A DNA stretch of 61,239 nucleotides. It comes from Dehalococcoidia bacterium UBA1123. Its GTDB lineage: Bacteria; Chloroflexota; Dehalococcoidia; Lucifugimonadales; UBA1123. The position numbers and the translations under genes are program-made. Every line of letters starts with the position of its first letter. Position 1 is the first letter of the stretch. The stretch is taken from contig DCAW01000079.1 of NCBI GenBank assembly GCA_002313895.1, forward strand, positions 1-61,239. Reading direction: 5' to 3'. Below, piece after piece: positions 53,918-61,239 of this stretch. The notes under the pieces were generated by a model that was given only the letters and a program-made list of their open reading frames with translations, had not been told where the DNA came from and searched no databases.

Positions 53918-54463
53918 TTAGCTCTTCGCCAACAAAATCCTCAGCACATCAGGAGCAGCCTGTGCAGCTTTTTCGCGGATTCCGGCTTCGTCGAGGCTTC
54001 CCAAAGGGTGGGGAAGGACAACGTACGGGTAGTCAGGGATTCCGCCGAGTTTCGCCATCGCGTCTGCGCTCGTTACGAACGGCTCTGTGCAGATTACTGC
54101 GGTGGGAACGTCGCTGCGCTCGAAGGTGATTCCGTCGTGCACACTGCACGACGAGCAGGACCCTCAATCGCCGGAGGAGGTGATGATTACGTCGCACTCC
54201 GCCGCCATCTCCTCAGCCAGGGGAGGTGGGCACGGCCTGGAGGCATTGCCTTTGTTTCGCGCCATAATCGCTTTGAACTCGTATCGATCTGCCAGCACAT
54301 CGCTGATGGCTTCGAGCAACTCCACCGAGTTGCGCTTGCCGTTAGCCAGCAGTCCGATAACCTTGCCATCCAGCGTGTCGGGCCTTTGAGCCACAACTGC
54401 GTGCGCTGGGATGGGTTCTACGGTTGGGTCCAGCACGGCCAACCTGGTTGCGGTCGTCATCAT
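53918..54463 (-). CDS. UGSC-motif selenoprotein (181 aa, Sec at codon 100 encoded by TGA 54164-54166)
   Basis: Tracked ORFs 54164..54463 and 53918..54142 are in the same frame, separated by one TGA plus 7 sense codons. The read-through is ...AECDVIITSSGD-U-GSCSSCSVHDGITFERSDVPTAVICTEPF.... ATG 54463 follows GGGAGG. A SECIS-like hairpin starts 10 nt after the UGA. selC, selA and selD are all in the window. Confidence 0.75.
54133..54153 (-). promoter_or_regulatory. Candidate bacterial SECIS hairpin of the UGSC gene
   Basis: CGUCGUGCA-GUG-UGCACGACG is a perfect 9-bp stem. It starts at +11 after the UGA, with a GU-containing apical loop at about +20 to +24. Confidence 0.6.
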
Positions 54464-54501
54464 CGAACCTCCCTAGAATGATTCAGAAGTCTTCGTGGTT
54501 G

Positions 54502-55524
54502 TTAAAACTGAATCCGTTTCGTGACCGAGCGAGTCCCATTACCCGCGGTCCACAACGGTATTATACTAGAAAACGCTCCGGCTGCGCCGCCTGCAACCAG
54601 CACATTGATATTTTCAGGTTTGGATGCCGTTGAGATCATCTGAGAACTGTCGTCGCTCTCTGGAAGAACCTGACCCTCCGCTCTCCATTCGGCCTCTGTG
54701 CGTTGGGCAAGCTCGAACAACGTCTGTTTCACCTGGTTTTTGGTCCACCCGGCGGCTCTGAAATGTCCGATATGCTCAGGGCAAAGCACGATGTTCAACT
54801 CTCCGTGTCTGGCGCCGATGGCGAACATCCCGTCTCGGAAGCTGTTCAGGATATCCCGCGGCGACTCGCTCTCGTGGTTCGCAACCTGAATCCCCGACAG
54901 CGCAGCGAATATTGTCACCGCGCTTTCGTTTTCGGATAGACCACGCTCGACGTGCAGCGGTTCCCACGGACTCACATTGGTATCCTCGGCCATGCACCAG
55001 GTGTACTTGCCGGGATGGCCCAGAGTTGCCTTGTCGATCTCCCCAGAAGAAGAGCCGGTGGCGTTGATAATTACGAGCCTGATGGCGCGCCCGATGGTAG
55101 CGTTTGCGCGATGGCCCGGGCCGAACACGCTCACGCCGGAGTTGATGCCGATTTCGGAGACCACCGGCCCACCCACTACCATTAGAACCGCCGCGCCCAT
55201 TGTGCTGGCCGTGATCGCGTGGAGATTAAATTCCGGTTCGCACATCGCTTCAACAGCCGTGGCGACGACAGGGAAGTATTCTGGACGACACCCGGCCATC
55301 ACTGCGTTGACCGCGACCTTTTCGGCGGTTATCACGCGTCCTTTCGTTGGCTCGGCGCCGATAACATCGGAGGGCGAACGATGGGCCGCGTCAAGAAACT
55401 CACGCACTAGGTCTTGAGTAGGCGGGACGATTGGAAGACCGTCGGTCCAACCTCGGCCAAAGTAGTCTTCTATAACTTGTGAGGCGTCGTCAAATTCCAG
55501 TATTCGAGATGTCAAGTTGGTCAT
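54502..55524 (-). CDS. Conserved-looking protein of unknown function, upstream operon partner of the UGSC selenoprotein
   Basis: 340-aa ORF with no competing ORF and globular composition. Segments include GRGWTDGLPIVPPT, KVAVNAVMAGCRPEYFP, GPGHRANATIGRAIRL and LGHPGKYTWCMAED. A 38-nt gap separates it from the UGSC start. I cannot assign a family. Confidence 0.7.
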   Translation of the reverse strand: MTNLTSRILEFDDASQVIEDYFGRGWTDGLPIVPPTQDLVREFLDAAHRSPSDVIGAEPTKGRVITAEKVAVNAVMAGCRPEYFPVVATAVEAMCEPEFNLHAITASTMGAAVLMVVGGPVVSEIGINSGVSVFGPGHRANATIGRAIRLVIINATGSSSGEIDKATLGHPGKYTWCMAEDTNVSPWEPLHVERGLSENESAVTIFAALSGIQVANHESESPRDILNSFRDGMFAIGARHGELNIVLCPEHIGHFRAAGWTKNQVKQTLFELAQRTEAEWRAEGQVLPESDDSSQMISTASKPENINVLVAGGAAGAFSSIIPLWTAGNGTRSVTKRIQF

Positions 55525-55749
55525 TTCTGGCCTTTGCCTCCGATGGTGTTGGCTTCGTCAAGCGATGTTGAGATTGGCCCGTAACTTAATGGAACGATTC
55601 TGAATTTGCAACCGAACGCTGATATGGCCCGCGTTTGGTGCCGTTGATTGGACAGGCCTTGATAGCGTATCGAGGCTCAGAGTTCGCTTGTGCTTAAATT
55701 GGCGGTCAGAGCCTAGGGACGCCTAACGCTAACACCGGACACGAATTGG

Positions 55750-56345
55750 ATGACAGAAAAGCTATCGAGAGTTCAGCCTGTCGACGTTGCCTGAAAGGAC
55801 GGAAAGCCTAAATTAGTTCATCCCAGCGAACAAGAATTTGCCCAGATTCTTGACTTCTATGGTCTGCACTTTGAGTATGAGCCTCGGTCCTTCCCACTTC
55901 GTTGGGATGACGAAAACGACAAGATACTCGAGATGTTCACTCCTGATTTCTACTTGCCAGACGTTGACCTGTACCTCGAACTCACCACGATGAATCAGAG
56001 CCTCGTCACCCACAAAAACCGAAAGATCAGGTTGATGCATGAGCTTTACCCTGAGGTTTCGGTAAGGCTGCTTTACCGCAAGGATTTCCACAGGCTGCTG
56101 GCGAAGTTTGGTTTCGGGCCGTTGATCGAGTCGGGCGTTGAGGGCATCGATCGCGTGCTTCTGACTGAGCGACAGATTAACCAGAAGGTCTAAGAGCTTG
56201 GCAAACGCATATCGCGGGATTACGCCCTGAAACAGCCGGCGCTGGTAGGGGTGCAGCGCGGCATGGTGTGCTTCATGGCAGATCCGATGCGAAAAATGCC
56301 ATTGCAGTTGATGATGGATTTCATGTCGATTTCGGATTACGGTGG
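55750..56345 (+). pseudogene. Remnant of a fusion gene (unknown N-terminal domain plus hypoxanthine phosphoribosyltransferase), with an in-frame TAA and a truncated HPRT domain
   Basis: The frame reads ...LVHPSEQEFAQILDFYGLHFEYEPRSFPL...FTPDFYLPDVDLYLELTT...GIDRVLLTERQINQKV*(TAA 56191-56193)ELGKRISRDY..ALVGVQRGMVCFMADPMRKMPLQLMMDFMSISDYGG. This aligns with the E. coli Hpt N-terminal half (AELGRQITERY...LVGLLRGSFMFMADL...VDFMTASSYG). The PRPP-binding VLIVEDIIDSG region is missing. No canonical start lies between TGA 55792-55794 and LVHPSE. Confidence 0.6.
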
Positions 56346-56744
56346 AATCGGTCTTCCGCACTTGGATGGCCGACATCGACACCGAAGAGGGCAGGCGAAT
56401 GCTGATCGAGCGTTCCCCGTTGACCCATGTTCAAAAAACCGCTTCTGATCGGTCACGGCGCCAACGATCCCAGAGTCAAGCAGGCTTAGTCTGATAAAAT
56501 CGTGGCGACGATGAACGAGAATGGAATCCCAGTCACGTATGCGCTCTACCCGGATGAGGGTCATGGGTTCGCGCGCCCAGAGAATAATCTGTCATTTATG
56601 GCAATTACGGAAGCGTTTCTATCTCGGACTCTGGGAAGACGACTAGAGCCAATTGGCGAAGCGTTTAACGGATCGTCCGTGAGAATCCTCAACGGTGGAG
56701 ACGAAATCCCCGGACTGGATGGCGTTGTGGTTGACTCAGAGTGA
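56346..56744 (+). pseudogene. C-terminal fragment of an S9 (prolyl oligopeptidase family) serine peptidase, frameshifted and with an in-frame TAG
   Basis: ...ESVFRTWMADIDTEEGRRMLIERSPLTHVQK | KKPLLIGHGANDPRVKQA*(TAG 56487-56489)SDKIVATMNENGIPVTYALYPDEGHGFARPENN... covers only the Asp/His end of the catalytic triad. The frameshift is at the A6 run 56433-56438. There is no propeller or Ser region. Confidence 0.6.
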
Positions 56745-56804
56745 CCCTGGACGTACCTTAGAATCCGAAATCGAACCCACTCAGACCAACTTGGAGAAAC
56801 AGAT

Positions 56805-58520
56805 TTGACTACAAATGCCCCCACGATTACGAACATCATCAAAACTGAAGCCCGGTCCTCCCGAGGCATGGTAGCCACGAAGGACGTTCACGCAACCCAG
56901 GCAGGATTGGAGATGCTGGAGCAAGGCGGCAATGCTGTCGACGCCGCGGTCGCTGCCTGTCTGGCTGTTGGCGTTGTGGAGCCAGCGTCCAGCGGAATCG
57001 GCGGCGGCGGATACATGGTCTTCCAAGTGGGCGATCAGGGAGGCGTCATAGGCTTCCCGATGCGCGGATCGCTGGACGCCAGGCCAGATATGTACGAATT
57101 GACGGGCGAACCGACGGTTGGGAATTTCGGATGGGCCGGCGTTGTCAACTCCGATAATCTGGAAGGTTACCGGTCAATCGCAACCCCTGGAGCGGTGGCA
57201 GGGCTGTGCGAAGCCCATCGACGGCTGGGAAAACTTCCGCTAGAGGTTGTGGTCGCTCCCGCGGTGCGTTTGGCGCGCGATGGTTTTGCTCCGGGATGGC
57301 ACAACATTTACTCGATGGGAACGCAGATCGACAAGCTATTTAGGTATGAAGAGCTCCGGCGGGTTTTCATGCCAGACGGAAGATTGCCCGTTGGCGATGT
57401 CGCAACCCCTCCCAATCTGAAGCAGCCGGAGCTGGCCGACGTCCTTGGCGCCATCGGGAAGGGCGGCCCAGACGCTTTCTACAAAGGTGACGTGGCGAAG
57501 GCCATTGTAGCCGATGTTCAAGCCAACGGCGGAACGCTGTCCGAACGAGACATGGCCGAATATAAACCCTTCGTTTGGGACGGAGGCTTGGAGTTTGGCT
57601 ATCGTGGCCACACCGTGCGGGTTCCGCCCTTTGCCAGCGCAGGATTGACCAGCGCGATGACACTGAAACTGCTTAACGGTTTCGATATTGCGTCGATGGG
57701 CCACAATTCTGTCGAGATGCTTCATGCGTTCATCTACGCGGCGAGGCTAGCGTACGCAGACAGGTTCGAGTACATGGCCGACCCCGAATTTGCAGATGTC
57801 CCGTGGAAAGGTATGGTCTCCGATGCATACACGGATATTCGACGGGCCGGGATAGACGCTTCGACTTTGGGCGGCATCGCCCCAGGCGACCCCTGGGCGC
57901 TAGAAGGACGGAGGCCAACGGAGATACTGGAATCGAGCGCGCCGGCTTTGGATCGGGGCACAACCCATCTGTGCGTTATAGACGGAGAAGGCAACGGCGT
58001 ATCATTGACAAACACCGTTATGTCAGGGTTTGGTTCTGGCATCATCCCCAAGGGAAGCGGGGTGGTTATGAATAATGGCATGATGTGGTACGATCCCGTG
58101 CCTGGCCGAGTCAACTCCATAATGCCCGGCAAGTTCCCGTTGAACAACATGACGCCCGCTCTCGTGCTGGATGATCGCGGCGTGAAAATCGCCGTAGGCG
58201 CGTCTGGTGGCCGAAGAATAACCAACTGCGTGACTCAACTGATCGTTAAGATGGTTGACTTCGGCATGGGGCCGCAGGAATCTATAGACTCGCCTAGGGC
58301 GGATTGCAGTCTGCCTGCCACGAGCATCGACCCCCGTGTCGGGAGTGACGTCATGGCCGCTCTCGAAGCGAAAGGGCATCGGTTGCAGGCCATCGGAAAC
58401 GAGTACGTTCAGACCGGATTCGCCAGTTTTGCCAGTCCGGTCGCGATAATCCGAGATTCGGAGGAGTCATTCGTCGCCGGCGTCGACACATTCCATTCGG
58501 CGCACGCCCAGGGGCTTTAA
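56805..58520 (+). CDS. ggt: Gamma-glutamyltransferase
   Basis: GGNAVDAAVA..., the autoprocessing site region GTTHLCVIDGEGNGVSLTNTV, and GASGGRRI. The TTG start follows GGAGA. Confidence 0.88.
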   Translation: MTTNAPTITNIIKTEARSSRGMVATKDVHATQAGLEMLEQGGNAVDAAVAACLAVGVVEPASSGIGGGGYMVFQVGDQGGVIGFPMRGSLDARPDMYELTGEPTVGNFGWAGVVNSDNLEGYRSIATPGAVAGLCEAHRRLGKLPLEVVVAPAVRLARDGFAPGWHNIYSMGTQIDKLFRYEELRRVFMPDGRLPVGDVATPPNLKQPELADVLGAIGKGGPDAFYKGDVAKAIVADVQANGGTLSERDMAEYKPFVWDGGLEFGYRGHTVRVPPFASAGLTSAMTLKLLNGFDIASMGHNSVEMLHAFIYAARLAYADRFEYMADPEFADVPWKGMVSDAYTDIRRAGIDASTLGGIAPGDPWALEGRRPTEILESSAPALDRGTTHLCVIDGEGNGVSLTNTVMSGFGSGIIPKGSGVVMNNGMMWYDPVPGRVNSIMPGKFPLNNMTPALVLDDRGVKIAVGASGGRRITNCVTQLIVKMVDFGMGPQESIDSPRADCSLPATSIDPRVGSDVMAALEAKGHRLQAIGNEYVQTGFASFASPVAIIRDSEESFVAGVDTFHSAHAQGL

Positions 58521-58541
58521 GGCCGACCTGACCAACGCAAA

Positions 58542-59387
58542 CTAGATATCGGTGCGCCAGTGTACGATTCCCTGTCGCGCCGGTTTCGAGCCTCGGATGA
58601 CGTAGCCGTCCGACGTTGGCTCGAGGTAGTCTGGCAGGGCTGCGCGGAGCCGCTCCTCGCGCACCGGATTGCCGCCGATAAACAATCTTCTTGCAATCTG
58701 ATCGAGGGCTGCTTCCGGTGACTCAAATGGCGACCTGCGGCGATGAGGCATCATGTCCACATCGGGGTAGATGTCCATCTCCCACAAGACGTTGACCAGT
58801 TCGGGCAGGGCGGGAAGGTTGATTCGGGTGTCGCCGTGGACCGGCTCCCACAATGCCGCCAGGTGGGCCTGCGGGGACTCCATGTAAGAAACAATTGCGA
58901 CTCGACTGCGGGCGTTGTCGTGGAGTTTTTGCATAAAGTTGGTTATGTCTTCGACTCCGTACACTACGTGAGAGCAAATCGCCAGATCATGCGGCTCCAC
59001 TGATGCCTCTTCCCACCCGGATTCAACAATGTCGACATTTTCAACTTCAGCGTCGCCTATCGCCAGCCTCAGTTCATTCACCATGCTGTCTGATGGTTCG
59101 ACAACCGTTGTCGATCGCGTCCTCATCGCCAACGGTATAGCCAACCTGCCGGCGCCTCCGCCAATATCCAAAACAGTGTCGTTCTCATCCACGAATTCTG
59201 ACAATCGATTTAACACGGCGTCGTCGGTTCGGCGAGGATCATCCCTGAAACTGGTCGCGAAACCGGCCCAGAAATCGCCTGTGCGCCGGGTCACGTCCAT
59301 GACGCTGATTGATTGTGCGTGGTGCGCGGCCACCCTGCTCATCCATGTTTCGATGGAAGATAGGCTGGCTCCGTTTGCGGATGTCAT
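58542..59387 (-). CDS. Class I SAM-dependent methyltransferase
   Basis: VLDIGGGAGRLAIPLA motif I. ATG 59387 follows GGAGA. Confidence 0.75.
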   Translation of the reverse strand: MTSANGASLSSIETWMSRVAAHHAQSISVMDVTRRTGDFWAGFATSFRDDPRRTDDAVLNRLSEFVDENDTVLDIGGGAGRLAIPLAMRTRSTTVVEPSDSMVNELRLAIGDAEVENVDIVESGWEEASVEPHDLAICSHVVYGVEDITNFMQKLHDNARSRVAIVSYMESPQAHLAALWEPVHGDTRINLPALPELVNVLWEMDIYPDVDMMPHRRRSPFESPEAALDQIARRLFIGGNPVREERLRAALPDYLEPTSDGYVIRGSKPARQGIVHWRTDI

Positions 59388-59556
59388 ATAGTCTCCGAGG
59401 GCTGTGAGCTGAAATCGTTCAAGGTCAAAGACAATTATCGCAGTCACTGGAAACGATTCCAAGTGGAACCTGAAATGTTGCGCCCCAACCTCGAATCTAG
59501 TAGATTGAGTGTATCTTGAACATTCGAGGCACTACTCATTCCCAGGAGATACGCGA

Positions 59557-60696
59557 ATGGCATCCGGCAACGGAAATGGGAAAAAGAATCTAGTCGTCAT
59601 CCAGCTCACCGGCGGCAACGATACTCTTAACACAGTCATACCGTACAACGACGGTCTCTATTACGACAACCGGCGGACTGTGGCTTACAAGCCGGAGTCC
59701 GTTTTGCCAATCAGCGACGAATTGGCGTTCAATCCCAAAATGGGCTCAATGAAGCGATTATGGGATGACGGCAAGATGGCCCTGATCAACGGCATCGGCT
59801 ACCCTTCGCCCAACAGGTCGCATTTCAGGTCGATGGACATCTGGCACACGGCAGAACCCGACGATATTGGCAAAGAAGGCTGGTTGGGACGGACCGCTCG
59901 AGTGCTGGACCCTAATGCCGAGAACGTGTTGACCGCCGTGAATTTTGGCAGGGGACTACCCAGGGCGTTGGGCGTAAAAGGCGTGCCGGTGGCGTCTGTG
60001 GGAAATCTGGAGACGTATGGACTGTTCCCTGATCTTCAGGACGATATGATGCGAAAAATCGCGTTGGATGCCTTTGCCAAAATGTACGGAGGAGCGCGCG
60101 GACAGGATGCTGTGATGGATTTCTTGGGGCAGACTGGGAGCGACGCTCTCAAAGGAGCTGACATCCTCAGGACCGCTCCCGGCCTGTATTCGTCAAATGT
60201 TGAATACGCCGCCAATCCAATTGCCGACAGCCTCAAAAGCGTTGCTCAAGTGATGTTCGCAAACCTCGGAACGCGCATTTACTACACGATCCAGGGAGGC
60301 TACGATACCCACTCCGGCGAAATGGCAACTCACGCACAGCTGTGGGATCATCTCTCAGGGGCAGTCGGCGACTTCTGGGACGATCTGGTGGAACACGACC
60401 GCCAAGACGACACGTTGATATTCATCTTTTCGGAATTTGGCAGGCGAATCAAAGACAACGGGTCAGGGACTGACCACGGATCCGGCGGTTCGGCCTTCCT
60501 GGTGGGCGGACAGGTTATTGGCGGCATGTACGGTGAGTACCCATCACTTGAGCCTGAAAAGCAACTGGAGGGCGACCTTCAATTCAACAATGATTTCCGG
60601 CGCACTTATGCGACAATATTGGATCGCTGGCTTCATGTCGGATCCGAAGACATAATCAACGGTTCATTCGAGCCTCACGAAATTATTGCTCGATAG
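59557..60696 (+). CDS. DUF1501 domain protein (sulfatase-like fold)
   Basis: LVVIQLTGGNDTLNTVIPY, GGYDTHS, FSEFGRRIKDNGSGTDHG, and GSAFLVGG. The chosen ATG 59557 follows AGGAGA. Confidence 0.8.
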   Translation: MASGNGNGKKNLVVIQLTGGNDTLNTVIPYNDGLYYDNRRTVAYKPESVLPISDELAFNPKMGSMKRLWDDGKMALINGIGYPSPNRSHFRSMDIWHTAEPDDIGKEGWLGRTARVLDPNAENVLTAVNFGRGLPRALGVKGVPVASVGNLETYGLFPDLQDDMMRKIALDAFAKMYGGARGQDAVMDFLGQTGSDALKGADILRTAPGLYSSNVEYAANPIADSLKSVAQVMFANLGTRIYYTIQGGYDTHSGEMATHAQLWDHLSGAVGDFWDDLVEHDRQDDTLIFIFSEFGRRIKDNGSGTDHGSGGSAFLVGGQVIGGMYGEYPSLEPEKQLEGDLQFNNDFRRTYATILDRWLHVGSEDIINGSFEPHEIIAR

Positions 60697-60720
60697 CCCA
60701 TCCATTCAGGAGCATATTAA

Positions 60721-61239
60721 ATGAGCGACAAAGACATTGCCTTGATGGCGCATCTGATGCGTCGAGCCGGGTTCGGCGCGACCAGAGACGAGCTTGAAGC
60801 AAAAGTCGAGCAGGGGTACGAAGCCGTTGTGGAAGAACTGCTCAATCCACAGAATCCCAACAATCTTCCCGACGACATCATCCGACGGTATCACGTCGAA
60901 CAATCAGAACTGCGTCAATTGGACGGCGCCGCCGCGTACTGGATGTATCGGATGATAACGACCGAGTGCCCGCTCGAAGAGAAGCTGGCGCTGTTCTGGC
61001 ACGGCCTGTTTGCCACCGGATATTCCAAGTTGAATCAGGCGCGGGTGCTGTTGAATCAGGTTGATATGTTTCGTAGGCACGGTTTGGGAAAGTTCAACAA
61101 TATACTTTTGGAATTGTCCAGGGATCCTGCAATGATCATTTGGCTTGACAACCAGGACAATCACAATGGAGCCATCAACGAAAATTTCGGGCGGGAACTC
61201 CTCGAATTGTTCTCAATGGGGATCGGCAATTACACTGAA
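60721..61239 (+). CDS. DUF1800 domain protein; partial, runs off the right edge
   Basis: ATG 60721 follows AGGAG. Translation is MSDKDIALMAHLMRRAGFGATRDELE...LALFWHGLFATGYSKL...MIIWLDNQDN...NENFGRELLELFSMG. It is not in the ORF track because no stop codon falls inside the window. Confidence 0.75.
   Translation, partial: MSDKDIALMAHLMRRAGFGATRDELEAKVEQGYEAVVEELLNPQNPNNLPDDIIRRYHVEQSELRQLDGAAAYWMYRMITTECPLEEKLALFWHGLFATGYSKLNQARVLLNQVDMFRRHGLGKFNNILLELSRDPAMIIWLDNQDNHNGAINENFGRELLELFSMGIGNYTE

Noticed and set aside
55792-55794. An in-frame TGA between ATG 55750 and the LVHPSEQEF domain, considered as a possible third Sec codon
   Set aside because: There is no downstream hairpin comparable to those after the selD and UGSC UGAs, and no redox-type motif around it. 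The gene is otherwise clearly decayed (TAA, truncation). Loss of the original start is the simpler reading.
55813-56382. A 189-aa minus-strand ORF across the pseudogene region
   Set aside because: The plus strand carries recognisable HPRT and conserved-domain sequence. The minus-strand translation is His/Gln/Arg-rich with no motif.
1-61239. CRISPR arrays, rRNA genes, IS elements with terminal inverted repeats, and long direct repeats
   Set aside because: No spaced identical repeats, rRNA-like segments or transposase-like ORFs were noticed on either strand. This is a visual scan only, so short or diverged repeats could have been missed.

Overview
A densely coding 61.2-kb chromosomal window with about 60 protein genes on both strands and 2 tRNAs. 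No rRNA, CRISPR array or intact transposon was seen. All family calls come from motif recognition by eye, since no searches were possible. Gene content is housekeeping plus paralog-rich aerobic catabolism: argS, fumC, coaE, cca-like, trxA, rarA, cinA, ggt, speH/speB, a NifS-like desulfurase, F420/LLM and PPOX-type enzymes, a hydantoinase, GMC/SDR/MDR oxidoreductases, four MFS transporters, a GldG-type ABC cluster and DUF1501/DUF1800. This suggests a free-living heterotroph, perhaps Chloroflexota- or Actinomycetota-like, which is inference only. The main result is a selenocysteine theme that the ORF track hides. (1) An unannotated tRNA-Sec (selC, UCA anticodon, 98 nt) lies at 52952-53049. (2) selA lies at 33880-35277. 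(3) selD at 13743-14807 carries an in-frame UGA at the catalytic Cys/Sec position, followed by a hairpin. (4) About 0.9 kb from selC, two apparently separate ORFs (53918-54142 and 54164-54463) are one gene interrupted only by UGA. Read-through gives ...SSGD-U-GSCSSC..., with a perfect SECIS-like hairpin 10 nt downstream. This gene appears co-operonic with a 340-aa protein of unknown function (54502-55524), and I consider this pair the best candidate for an undescribed selenoenzyme system. No selB is present in the window. Second theme: an orphan CbbQ/NorQ-type AAA+ ATPase, a CoA-pyrophosphatase-type NUDIX and a 1092-aa CbbO/NorD-like VWA protein form an operon behind coaE, with no RuBisCO or NOR client nearby. 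Third theme: gene decay is confined to a few loci. These are a divergent ECF sigma/anti-sigma pair, an FHA-adenylate cyclase with three indels, a DUF2851 gene, and a composite scar at 55.75-56.75 kb where a truncated HPRT fusion abuts a C-terminal S9 peptidase fragment. The left edge has tRNA-Asn next to the 5' end of a tyrosine-recombinase gene, which suggests an integrated element lying outside the window.
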